A stretch of 64,000 nucleotides of DNA from positions 5,120,001 through 5,184,000 of the forward strand of contig OZ245838.1 of the NCBI GenBank assembly GCA_965228735.1. The letters run 5' to 3'. Shown in pieces: positions 9,145 to 18,328 of the stretch. The position numbers and the translations under genes are program-made. The notes below the pieces were generated by a model. It had not been told where the DNA came from. It did no database searches and saw only the letters and a list, made by a program, of their open reading frames with translations. This stretch comes from Planctomycetota bacterium. Lineage in GTDB: Bacteria > Planctomycetota > UBA1135 > UBA2386. Position 1 is the stretch's first letter; each line of letters starts with the position of its first letter.

Positions 9145-9747
9145 TCAGATCACGAACGGCTGGTCCCCGCACTCGGGCGAGTAGTACTTGATCCGCATCG
9201 GCGACACCTTGCCCGTGGCCTGGTCGAACACGTTCACCTCGTCGAGGTCGCGCCCGTAGATGTGCAGCGAGATCGACTGCCCCTCGCCCGTGTTGCCGAT
9301 GCGGTGGATCTCCTCGTGGGGCGGCAGCAGATACGCGACCGAGCCCTTGCCGACGTCCGAGCCGCGGCCCTCCTCGAGTTCGGCGTAGCCGGGGCGGGAG
9401 CCGTCGTCGAGCCGCTCGTAGCCGACCTCCTCGAGGGAGCCCTCGAGGATGCCCATGACGCCCCAGCACGAGTGGTCGTGGACCGGGGTCATCTGGCCCG
9501 GCATCCAGACCAGCGACAGCACGATGAAGCGGTTCTTGGGGTCCCGGTGCAGCAGGTGCCGGTTGTAGGCGTCGGGGCTGCCCACGCGGTGGCGCTCGGC
9601 GAGCCAGCGATCGTCGGCGCACAGCTGCTTCGTGGCCTTGCTGACCTCCCGGATGATGACCCGGTCGGACGGCCGCCGGTCGAGGATGCCCTCGACGGCG
9701 TGAATGTAGTCCTGGAGGCCGAAGCGGGGGGTCGAAGCTGTGGACAT
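9145..9747 (-). CDS. Cysteine dioxygenase family (thiol dioxygenase), Arg-type
   Basis: YNRHLL, TPVHDH, EIHRI and SLHIYG motifs of the 3-His cupin thiol dioxygenases. Confidence 0.85.
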   Translation of the reverse strand: MSTASTPRFGLQDYIHAVEGILDRRPSDRVIIREVSKATKQLCADDRWLAERHRVGSPDAYNRHLLHRDPKNRFIVLSLVWMPGQMTPVHDHSCWGVMGILEGSLEEVGYERLDDGSRPGYAELEEGRGSDVGKGSVAYLLPPHEEIHRIGNTGEGQSISLHIYGRDLDEVNVFDQATGKVSPMRIKYYSPECGDQPFVI

Positions 9748-9812
9748 GCGGAAAATCGTCGGGAAGATGGGGGCCGCGCGGCCGTCCATGACCGGCCGCA
9801 CCCGCTGGAATT

Positions 9813-11159
9813 ATGCACAAGCACCGTAGTTTCCAAACTGGCCATCCCAAGGCGCGGCTGCCGAGGGTCGGGGCTCTTCTCGTGGGCGCTCTGCTGTCGG
9901 GTTGCTCCACGATGTCACTCGTGGAGGAGAGCCAATGGAACGCCGATCGCGGCCAGCACTACCGCGCGTTCCAGCTGATCGACGACGAGCGGCAGGCTCG
10001 GCTCGAGCAGGCCGGCCCGGTCGATCCCGAGTTCGAGCGGCTGTGGCAGGACCGCCGGCGCGTGTATTTGCTCGAGATGGCCCGGCGTTACATCTTCCTC
10101 GAGTACGAGCGCGAGGCGCTGCGGATGCTCGGGGCCCTCGAGGCGGTGCAGCCGGACAACCCGGAGATCCCGCTCCTGCGCGAGCGGGCGATCTACAAGC
10201 TGGCAGAGCGCGAGGCGGAGAAGGGCCGGGTCTTCCTCAGCAAGCAGATGCTGACCGAGGCGATCGCCCACTTCCTCGAGGCGGAACGCATCCTGCCGAC
10301 CCTGGCCGCGGCGCACGAGGGGCAGGCTGCCGTTCGCGAGCAGGTCGACAAGCTCACGGCGCGCGCACAGCAGCAGTTCCTCGAGGCGCTGCGCAAGATG
10401 CCGCAGTTCCGCTACGCCGAGGTCAACTGGCACTCGTCCAACGCGGTGCTCAACGACCCGGATCGGGAGGACGCCGAGGCGTTGCGCGCCCGCGCGCAAC
10501 GGGAGCTCGCGCTCGCGGCGGTCGAACGCGGCGAGGCCAACGAGCGCAGCGGCGAGTTCGGCGCGGCGCTGATGGAATACCGGCTCGCCAAGGTGCGGAT
10601 GGAAGAACTGCCCGAAGAGGCGCAGATGGGCGAGCTGGCGCGCATCGACGTGCACATCGCCGACGTCGAGCGCGAGCTCGGAGCGCAGAAGCTCGCGGAC
10701 ACGGCGCAGATGCGGATGCGGCAGAAGCGCTACGACGACGCGCGCGCGGACCTCGAGAAGGCGTTCGAGATGTCGGTGCTGCTGCGGGCCGAGATCAGCG
10801 AGCTGATGATCCAGAACCGCGAGATGCGCGGGCTCGACGACTATCAGAATGCGCGTGACCTCGAGATCCAGGGCAAGAAGGCGGAGGCCGCGGCCGCGTT
10901 CCGAGCGCTGGCCGCGACCTTCCCCGACGGCCTCGAGGACGAGCAGGTGCGGGCCGAGGTGCTGCAGTCCGACATCGACGCGTGCAAGACGGAGCTCGCG
11001 GCCGCCCGGGCCGCCGAGGCCAAGGGCGAGCTCAGCGAGGCGATCGAGCACTACCGCGCGGCCCAGCGCTTCTACGAGCGCCTGGCCGATGCCGAGGCCA
11101 AGATCGCAGAACTCGAGGGCAAGCTGGCCGAAGAGGCCGTCAAGAACGGCGGCAGCTGA
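9813..11159 (+). CDS. TPR-like lipoprotein
   Basis: Lipobox LSGC; all-helical TPR-like repeats. Confidence 0.75.
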   Translation: MHKHRSFQTGHPKARLPRVGALLVGALLSGCSTMSLVEESQWNADRGQHYRAFQLIDDERQARLEQAGPVDPEFERLWQDRRRVYLLEMARRYIFLEYEREALRMLGALEAVQPDNPEIPLLRERAIYKLAEREAEKGRVFLSKQMLTEAIAHFLEAERILPTLAAAHEGQAAVREQVDKLTARAQQQFLEALRKMPQFRYAEVNWHSSNAVLNDPDREDAEALRARAQRELALAAVERGEANERSGEFGAALMEYRLAKVRMEELPEEAQMGELARIDVHIADVERELGAQKLADTAQMRMRQKRYDDARADLEKAFEMSVLLRAEISELMIQNREMRGLDDYQNARDLEIQGKKAEAAAAFRALAATFPDGLEDEQVRAEVLQSDIDACKTELAAARAAEAKGELSEAIEHYRAAQRFYERLADAEAKIAELEGKLAEEAVKNGGS

Positions 11160-11197
11160 ACGCGCCGTAGCGGCCGTCGGCTGCCATAATGAGCGGC

Positions 11198-13102
11198 GTG
11201 CGCGCGATGTCGCTGGCAAGCCGGTTCATGCTGACCCTCGTGGTCTCGGCCGTGCTGCCGTTGCTGCTGTATGGCTGGTTCTCGCTGCGCGGGATGCGGG
11301 AGCAGATCGACGAACAGGTCGTGCGCGTGTTCTTGCCGCAGCTCGCGGCCGACTATGCGCAGAAGATCGAGGCGCACCTCGACCGCATGGACCAGTCGTG
11401 CGCGCTCGTGCGGGAGATCGCTCGGCGGGCGCTCGTGTCGGACGCCGAACTCGCGGCGTTCTCGCGGCAGATCGAGTTCGTGCCGGACCTGTTGGAGAAC
11501 CAGGTCGATCTGCTCATGGTCGCCGACGCCGATGGCAGAGTCGTCTACTGGGAGGACGGCTACCGGCTCGATCCCTACGTCGGCGAGCGGCGGGCAGCGC
11601 TGATCCCGGAGTCGGTCGCCGACACGGATTGGTTCCAGCGCGCGCGCGAGCTCGGCGGCAAGGTGCATGTCGAGTGGGGGCGGTCACCGTACCTGTACCG
11701 CGGACTCGGCTACCGCTCGATGGATCCGGCGAGCTACCACCTCGGGCTGGCACTCGACGTGCCGCAGGTCGGTGGTGAGTCGGGATCGTCGTCGGGCGTG
11801 CTGTTCGCGCTGCTGCGCTGGGCCGAGGTGCAGCGCGAGCTCGACGAGGCGCGCACGGTCCTGACCAAGACCGCGGGCCTGCCGTCGGCCGCCGTGCTGC
11901 TCGTCGGGCAGAACGGCATCGTGCGCGGCCACACGGATCGTTCCCGCTACGGCCTGCCGCTCGAACCCGGCGAGCTCGCGGCGACGATCTGCTGCGCGAC
12001 CGAGCAGGGGCGGTCGTCGTTCGTCGACGCGGCCGGAACGCCGTGGCGCGTCGGGTTCGCGCCGGCCGGCACGGGCGACGAACGTTCGTTCGTCGTCGGC
12101 GTCGTCGTGCCCGAGGCCGAGCTGTTCGCCGAGTCATCGCGCTTCGAGCAGGTGCTGCTCATGGCGATCGCGGTGACGATCGCCGTGCTGGTCTTCTGGT
12201 CGCTCGTCGCGTCGCGCGCGATCGTTGCGCCGGTGCGCGCGCTGCTCGGCGCGACCCGACGCATCGCGCGCGGCGACCTCGAGGTCTCGGTGCCGGCGCG
12301 CGGTGGGCCGGAGCTCGGCGAGCTCGCGATGGCGTTCAATCAGATGGCCGGCGAGCTCGCGGAGGGGCGTGAGATCCTCGCGGCCGCCGAACGCGACCAG
12401 GCCTGGGCCGAGATGGCGCGGCAGGTCGCGCACGAGATCAAGAACCCGCTGCAGCCGATGCGCCTCGCGGCGCAGATGCTGCAGCGCGCGCGGAAGGACG
12501 GCGACGCTCGCGCCGAGCAGATCGCCGAACGCCTCGCCAAGACCGTGATCGAGCAGACGGGTGAGCTCGATCGCATCGCGGGCGAGTTCCGCGCGTTCGG
12601 CGGGGTGCCGCAGGCGGCGCTCAGTCCGGTCCGGCTCGACGACTGGCTCGGCGAGCTGCGGTCGCGTTGCGCCGGCCTGTTCGCGGGCCGCGAACTCGAG
12701 CTCGAACTGCAGACCGGAGCCGGCGACGCCGAGGTCGCGCTCGAGAGCAACGCGATGGCCCGCGTGTTCGTGAACCTGCTGCAGAACGCGATCGAGGCCG
12801 CGCCGAGCGGCGTGTGCGCGGAGATCCGATCGAGCGCGGGCGACGAGGACGAGGTCGCCGTGCACGTGATCGACAACGGTCCGGGCGTGCCCGCCGAGGT
12901 GCGCGGACGGCTGTTCGACCCCTACTTCACGACCAAGTCGTCGGGGACCGGACTCGGGCTCGCGATCTGCCGCCGGCTCGTGGAGTCGCAGGGCGGCAGC
13001 ATCCGGCTCGTGACGTCGCGGCCGGGGCACACGGAATTCGAGATCCGGCTGCCGCGGCTCGGCGAAGAGCGGGTTGCGGGCCGGAACGGTGCGGCGGACT
13101 GA
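11198..13102 (+). CDS. Membrane sensor histidine kinase (Cache-like, HAMP, HisKA, HATPase; NtrY-like)
   Basis: Two TMs; HAMP; ARQVAHEIKNPL, NLLQNA, DNGPG and FTTKSSGTGLGL; start could be 11189, 11198 or 11207. Confidence 0.92.
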   Translation: MRAMSLASRFMLTLVVSAVLPLLLYGWFSLRGMREQIDEQVVRVFLPQLAADYAQKIEAHLDRMDQSCALVREIARRALVSDAELAAFSRQIEFVPDLLENQVDLLMVADADGRVVYWEDGYRLDPYVGERRAALIPESVADTDWFQRARELGGKVHVEWGRSPYLYRGLGYRSMDPASYHLGLALDVPQVGGESGSSSGVLFALLRWAEVQRELDEARTVLTKTAGLPSAAVLLVGQNGIVRGHTDRSRYGLPLEPGELAATICCATEQGRSSFVDAAGTPWRVGFAPAGTGDERSFVVGVVVPEAELFAESSRFEQVLLMAIAVTIAVLVFWSLVASRAIVAPVRALLGATRRIARGDLEVSVPARGGPELGELAMAFNQMAGELAEGREILAAAERDQAWAEMARQVAHEIKNPLQPMRLAAQMLQRARKDGDARAEQIAERLAKTVIEQTGELDRIAGEFRAFGGVPQAALSPVRLDDWLGELRSRCAGLFAGRELELELQTGAGDAEVALESNAMARVFVNLLQNAIEAAPSGVCAEIRSSAGDEDEVAVHVIDNGPGVPAEVRGRLFDPYFTTKSSGTGLGLAICRRLVESQGGSIRLVTSRPGHTEFEIRLPRLGEERVAGRNGAAD

Positions 13103-13204
13103 GTCCGAGCGGGCTCGACGGCGGAGTGGCGCGGAGATTCCCGCGACAGATAACCCCTGCCGCGGGCCACTTCGGTCCGCCCGGCCCGCCCCAAGGCCAA
13201 GTCC

Positions 13205-16200
13205 ATGCGAAACCGACTCTCCGCCGTTGTCGTCATCGGCGCCGTGCTGCTGACGGCGTTCTTCGTCTGGTGGTCCACGAGCGGTGATCCGGAATCCTCG
13301 TTGGTGCCGGACCCGGGCGATCCGACGGCGAACTCCGACGCGGGCCTCGCGCAGGGTGATCTCGCGGGTAACAGCGGTGTCGCGACCGGCGGCGTCAGCA
13401 CGGCTCCGGCGCGCGAGGACGCGACGATCCGCGGCCCCGAGACCGGCGTGCGCGGCATCGTGCTCGACGCCAAGACCGCGCGCCCGCTCGGCGGCGTCGA
13501 GGTGATCGCCATCAAGGATCAGCCGTCCATCGAGCCGCTCATCGCGCGCTTCCGCGGGCTGTTCCAGGACGGGATGTTCGTCGAGACGCGCGCGCCGCGC
13601 CGCGAGCTCGGTCGCACGATCAGCAACCCGGACGGCACGTTCGAGATCAAGGGGCTGACCGCGGGCACGGTGTTCCTCGACGGCCGCAGCGACGGCTGGT
13701 TCGTGCGCACGCCGGGGCAGGCGCGGCTCGCGACCGGCGAGATCAAGGACGGGATCGAGCTGCGCGCGTCGCCCGCCGGCCGCGTTCGTGGCGTCGTACT
13801 CGGACCCGACGGCGCCCCCGCGGTCGGCGCGGCAGTGAGTCTGCGGCCCGGAGTGAACGCGTTCCTCGGTCAGATGACCGAACGCCAGTACCGCTGGCTC
13901 GAGACCGTGACCGACGAGAACGGTCGCTTCGACCTGCCCGGCGTGCCGCAGGGTCGCGGCTACACGGCGACCGCGGCGGCGCCGCAGCTCGCGCTCGAGG
14001 AAGAGCACGGCGTCGACGTGCGGCCCGGCCAGGTGACCGAGCTCACGCTGCGCTGTCATCAAGGTGCGACGATCCTCGGGCGGGTCATCGACGAGGACGA
14101 CGCCCCGGTCGCCGGCGCCGCAGTTGCGCTCGTCTACCTCGATATCAGCCGCATGCTGCTGTCGGCCGACGGTCGTTCGGAACCGCTGCAGTCCGACGAG
14201 GACGGCTACTTCCGGATCGAGAGCGTCGCGGCCGGGCGGGTCGCGTTCGTCGCGGTCGCCGAGGGCTCGGCGCCGAGCAACATCGCGGAGCTCGCGGTCG
14301 TCGACGGCGGCGTCTACCCGGACATCGTGTTGCAGACCGGCGTTGGCGCGGTCGTGCGCGGTCGCGTCGTCGACGATCAGCAGCAGCCCGTCGAGGGCGC
14401 CGAGGTCGTGGTGCGTCCGTTCGAGCGGTCCAACGACCCGCAGTTCATCAAGATGATGCTCAAGATCCGCAAGCTCGCGGCGACGACGGCGGCCGACGGG
14501 TCGTTCGAGGTCGCGGGCATGACGGGCGAAGCGATGATGATCCAGGCGAGCAAGCCCGGCTACACGACGGCGATCAAGACCGGCGTGAAGCTCGATGCCG
14601 AGGACATCGTCGTCGAGGTCCAGCGCGGCGCGACGATTCGCGGCGTCGTGACGAGCGGCGGCGAGCCCGTGAAGCGCTTCCGGGTGGACACGCGGACGCG
14701 GGACATCCCGAAGGAGGAGCAGGATGGCGAGGCTGCGGAGGCGTCGGGTCGGCGCGAGCGCAACCGCGATCGGCGGCGCGGCCCGCCGTGGGCACGCGGC
14801 ATGCGCGAGCGCACGCGGCAGCTGCCCGAGGGTCAGCAGATGGGTGACCGCGGCATGGACGGCAACTGGCGCGAGATCAGCGCCGAGGACGGCACGTTCG
14901 AGCTCACGGGCATCCCGCCGGGCCGGATCCGCGTGCGCGTTCGGGCCGAGGGCTTCGTCAACGCCGAGTCGCAGACCGTCGACCTGCAGCCGGGCGGCAG
15001 CAGCGACGTGCTCGCGTTCGAGATCGCGGCTGGGCAGACCGTGACCGGGCGGGTGATCGACGGCGCGACGGGGCGGCCCGTGAGCGACGCGCAGGTGACG
15101 GCGTATCGACAGCGCGGCGATGACGACGACGGCGGCCGCGGGCGCGGCATGTTCCGCGCCAACATCGACCGCGAGGACTTCGACTTCCTGGGGCTCGCGG
15201 CCGGGCGCAGTCAGCGCACCGCGATGTCGGACAGCACGGGTGCGTTCGAGGTCACGGCGATCGAGCCGGGGCAGTACCGCTTCACGGCGCGGCACCCGGA
15301 CCTCGCGAAGTCGTCGACGACGGACGTCGAGGTCGTCGCCGATCGCGCGACCGCGCCCGTCGAGATCGTGCTCGATGCCGGCGGCGGCGTCGAAGGCACG
15401 GTGACGGGGGTCGGCATGCGGCCGCTGCCGGACGCGCTCATGGTCGCGTTCAGCATCCAGGCCGGCACGATGCGCAGCAGCACGAGTGACGACGTCGGCT
15501 ACTACCGCATCGACGGTCTGCCGCCGGGGCAATACATCGTCTTCAAGTCGCGCATGGACGAGCGGGCCGACAACATCGGCCTCGAGCTCATGAGCAACAT
15601 GCGGCTCAAGACGGTGACGGTGCGCCAGGGGAAGATGTCACGGCTGGACGTCCACGACGTCGGCGAGGACGGCGTGCGCGTCTACGGCGTGGTGCGCGAG
15701 AACGGCGTGCCCGTGCCTCGTGCGCTCGTGACGCTGCTCGGCAGCGATCGCGATGGTCTGCTCGGCATGGGCGTGCGCGCCAACGCGGCGGGCATGGACG
15801 GGCGCTTCGAGCTCGAGGGCATCAAGCCCGGCGACTACGTGATGCAGGTCAGCCGTTTCCAGGGCCAGCCCGTGCAGACGACGTTCGAGATGGAGGTGCC
15901 CGACGACGTGCGCGACCTCCGGTTCGACATCGAGCTGCCGACGAGCACGATCACGGGGCGCGTGATCGACACGCGCGGCAACCCGGTCGAGAACTTCCCC
16001 GTGACGCTCGGGAGCGACGAAGGCGCGCTCGCGAGCGCCGGCGGCCTCATCGGTGTGATCGCGGAGAACGGGCTGAGTCAGGGTCGGACGGACGACAACG
16101 GCGAGTTCGAGCTGCGATCCGTGGCGTCCGGCACGTATCGCCTGACCGCGGGCCGGCGTGGTGGGCCGGGTGGCGGTCGACGTGGTCGGCGTTCGAACGA

Positions 16201-16957
16201 TGGCGAGAACGGCAGCAACGACGGCGAGCGCGAGCTCGTGCACGGTGAGGCCAGCCTCGGCGGCGTCCAGGTCGATGGCGTGACGCCCGTCCAGGGCATC
16301 GTCATCACGGTGCCGATCGCGGGGCGCATCACGGGCATCGTCGTCGACGGCGCGGGCCAGCCCGTCGCGGGCGCGGAGATCGCCTACAAGAACACGAGCG
16401 AGCCGCGGCGTCGCAAGAAGACCAACCCGATGCTCGACCTATTCGGCGCGGCGCGTCCGATCACGACCGACAAGGAGGGGCGCTTCACGATCGAGGCGCT
16501 CAACCCGGGCGACTACGAGCTGCGGGCCGAGAAGGGCGACGCGGTCGAGGCCGCGCGCGAGTCGGACATCCGCGTCGATCAGGACGCCACCGTCGAGGTC
16601 ACGCTCGCGCTCGTGCGCGGCGCGACGCTGCGGGTGCGCGCGCGCAATGCGAGCAAGGACCAGATCCCGATCGCGCACGTCTCGCTGCTCGACGGGCGCG
16701 GCAAACCCGTCGTGAACCGCGTGTCGACGCTGTCGGTCCTGCGCCGGCTGATGAACAGCCAGGACGAGGTCGACGACTCCGGTTGGTACTCGTTCGGCAG
16801 CGTGCCGCCCGACACCTACACGATCGTCGTCGCCGAGCCCGGCAAGCCGGAGCTGCGCATCACGCGCACGATCGCGGACGGCGAGACCGTCGAGTGGGAC
16901 ATCGACGTCGCGGCCGAGCTCGAGGCCCAGGGCCGGAGCAACGGCGGCAAGAAGTAG
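13205..16957 (+). CDS. Large membrane-anchored protein with tandem carboxypeptidase-regulatory-like (prealbumin-fold) domains
   Basis: N-terminal TM; repeated G.V.D..G.PV.GA.V...TD..G.F units; Arg/Gly-rich insertions. Confidence 0.85.
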   Translation: MRNRLSAVVVIGAVLLTAFFVWWSTSGDPESSLVPDPGDPTANSDAGLAQGDLAGNSGVATGGVSTAPAREDATIRGPETGVRGIVLDAKTARPLGGVEVIAIKDQPSIEPLIARFRGLFQDGMFVETRAPRRELGRTISNPDGTFEIKGLTAGTVFLDGRSDGWFVRTPGQARLATGEIKDGIELRASPAGRVRGVVLGPDGAPAVGAAVSLRPGVNAFLGQMTERQYRWLETVTDENGRFDLPGVPQGRGYTATAAAPQLALEEEHGVDVRPGQVTELTLRCHQGATILGRVIDEDDAPVAGAAVALVYLDISRMLLSADGRSEPLQSDEDGYFRIESVAAGRVAFVAVAEGSAPSNIAELAVVDGGVYPDIVLQTGVGAVVRGRVVDDQQQPVEGAEVVVRPFERSNDPQFIKMMLKIRKLAATTAADGSFEVAGMTGEAMMIQASKPGYTTAIKTGVKLDAEDIVVEVQRGATIRGVVTSGGEPVKRFRVDTRTRDIPKEEQDGEAAEASGRRERNRDRRRGPPWARGMRERTRQLPEGQQMGDRGMDGNWREISAEDGTFELTGIPPGRIRVRVRAEGFVNAESQTVDLQPGGSSDVLAFEIAAGQTVTGRVIDGATGRPVSDAQVTAYRQRGDDDDGGRGRGMFRANIDREDFDFLGLAAGRSQRTAMSDSTGAFEVTAIEPGQYRFTARHPDLAKSSTTDVEVVADRATAPVEIVLDAGGGVEGTVTGVGMRPLPDALMVAFSIQAGTMRSSTSDDVGYYRIDGLPPGQYIVFKSRMDERADNIGLELMSNMRLKTVTVRQGKMSRLDVHDVGEDGVRVYGVVRENGVPVPRALVTLLGSDRDGLLGMGVRANAAGMDGRFELEGIKPGDYVMQVSRFQGQPVQTTFEMEVPDDVRDLRFDIELPTSTITGRVIDTRGNPVENFPVTLGSDEGALASAGGLIGVIAENGLSQGRTDDNGEFELRSVASGTYRLTAGRRGGPGGGRRGRRSNDGENGSNDGERELVHGEASLGGVQVDGVTPVQGIVITVPIAGRITGIVVDGAGQPVAGAEIAYKNTSEPRRRKKTNPMLDLFGAARPITTDKEGRFTIEALNPGDYELRAEKGDAVEAARESDIRVDQDATVEVTLALVRGATLRVRARNASKDQIPIAHVSLLDGRGKPVVNRVSTLSVLRRLMNSQDEVDDSGWYSFGSVPPDTYTIVVAEPGKPELRITRTIADGETVEWDIDVAAELEAQGRSNGGKK

Positions 16958-16962
16958 CCGCG

Positions 16963-17178
16963 TCAGCGCGGCGGCGGATCCGCGGCGTCGGCCGGCCGCT
17001 TCGGCAGGTCGACGCGGCACGCGGTCTTGCTCGGCACGAACATCGCGACGACCAGGCCGATGACGACGGCGGGGATGATCGCGTTCTCGAGTGCGGTGAA
17101 CTGCTGCACCGCGAAGCCGGCGATGCCGGCGAGGATCACGACCGTGATCCGGCGAGGGCTCGACAGGGCTCAGAGCAT
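16963..17178 (-). CDS. Small two-TM membrane protein, candidate selenoprotein (TGA at codon 3)
   Basis: ATG CTC TGA, then an open frame ALSSPRRITVVILAGIAGFAVQQFTALENAIIPAVVIGLVVAMFVPSKTACRVDLPKRPADAADPPPR* with high GC3; absent from the ORF track. Confidence 0.55.
17133..17150 (-). promoter_or_regulatory. Candidate bacterial SECIS hairpin
   Basis: Minus strand GGATCAC-GGTC-GTGATCC: 7-bp perfect stem, G-starting loop, 26 nt after the TGA at 17172-17170. Confidence 0.45.
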
Positions 17179-17223
17179 GGTAAGGAAGTCGTTTGTGGCG
17201 TCCGCGGTTTCAAGAGTCCGGTT

Positions 17224-18282
17224 TCATGGGGCGGGGGGCACGGTCGTCTGGTGCAGGACCTCGAGCAACTCGAAATCCGGTGTGCAGCCGCCGAGTCGAA
17301 ACGTCTCCTTCGGCGGCAGCACGCACGCGCCATCCGTCGTGAGCCGGTGCACTTCGGCGCCGCGCTGCAGCGTGCCCTCGCCGCGCAGCACGAACCAGAA
17401 GCGGCGGTGGTCGTTGTGCTGCACCTCCGCGCTCGTGTCGGGATCGGCGACGCGCACGACGCGCACGCCGATTGCGCCGCCCGACGCGGTGGCGATGCCC
17501 GTGGCGCGCATGTCGAAGCCGGCAGCGACCCACGGCTTGAGCACGGCCCGGCCGCCTTGGTGGCGCGCGAACCGCTGCCCGTCGAACTCGCGTTCGCGGG
17601 CAATGCGTTCGTTCGGCAGGGTGAGCTCGTGATCGAGCCGGGTCTCGTGCTCGGCGGGCGAGCTGACCTCGATCACCTCGAGCCCGGCCGACGACTCGAG
17701 CACGCGATGCCGGATGCGCGGCGGCTGCAGCACGCAGTCGCCGGCCTGCAGCACGAACGGGTCGCCCTGGTCCTCGTAGACGAGCCGAACCCAGCCCGTG
17801 CGGCAGTAGATGATCTGCGCGTCGACCTCGTGGTAGTGCACGTCGTCCGCGACCGGACCGGCGCGTTCGACGCGAATGCGTGACGCGATGAGGCGGCCGT
17901 CCTGCCGCCCGACGATCAGGTCCTGGTACCTCATGCCGGCCCGGCCGTCGTGCCACTCCGCGTCGCCGCCCTGGCGCACGACGAACGTCGCGGGCTGGAA
18001 CGTCGGACCGCGGTGCGCGGGCTCGGCGACGAACTCGAGCACGGTGCCGTTCGGTGCCGTCGCCTCGTGGTGCTCGGCTGCCGGGATGCGCAGATGGCCG
18101 CCGCCGTCCTGCGCACTCGCCTCGAGACAGATTGCGAGGTCGTGGCCGAAGAGCCGTGCTCGCCGCGGCGCGTCGGCGGGGCCGATCGAGTCGAGTCGGA
18201 AGCCCATGTCACGGAAGAAGTCGACGCAGTCCGCGAGCTTGCGGCAGAACAGAACGACTTCGGCGCGATCCGGTGGGCGCAT
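17224..18282 (-). CDS. Cupin-domain protein with an N-terminal VOC-like segment (bicupin-like)
   Basis: GRAGMRYQDLI, DDVHYHEVDAQIIYC and GDCVLQPPRIRHRVLE; start set at MRPPD to avoid overlap with the divergent gene. Confidence 0.8.
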   Translation of the reverse strand: MRPPDRAEVVLFCRKLADCVDFFRDMGFRLDSIGPADAPRRARLFGHDLAICLEASAQDGGGHLRIPAAEHHEATAPNGTVLEFVAEPAHRGPTFQPATFVVRQGGDAEWHDGRAGMRYQDLIVGRQDGRLIASRIRVERAGPVADDVHYHEVDAQIIYCRTGWVRLVYEDQGDPFVLQAGDCVLQPPRIRHRVLESSAGLEVIEVSSPAEHETRLDHELTLPNERIAREREFDGQRFARHQGGRAVLKPWVAAGFDMRATGIATASGGAIGVRVVRVADPDTSAEVQHNDHRRFWFVLRGEGTLQRGAEVHRLTTDGACVLPPKETFRLGGCTPDFELLEVLHQTTVPPAP

Positions 18283-18328
18283 CGGCGCGCCTACTAGACT
18301 GCAAGCTCCCACTCCGCACAATCCCTGC

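Noticed and set aside
16963..18282. Double TGA read-through fusing the cupin gene to the small membrane ORF (same frame)
   Set aside because: The cupin appears complete at its TGA, the linker is not coding-like, and no convincing SECIS follows the first TGA; sharing a frame has a 1-in-3 chance
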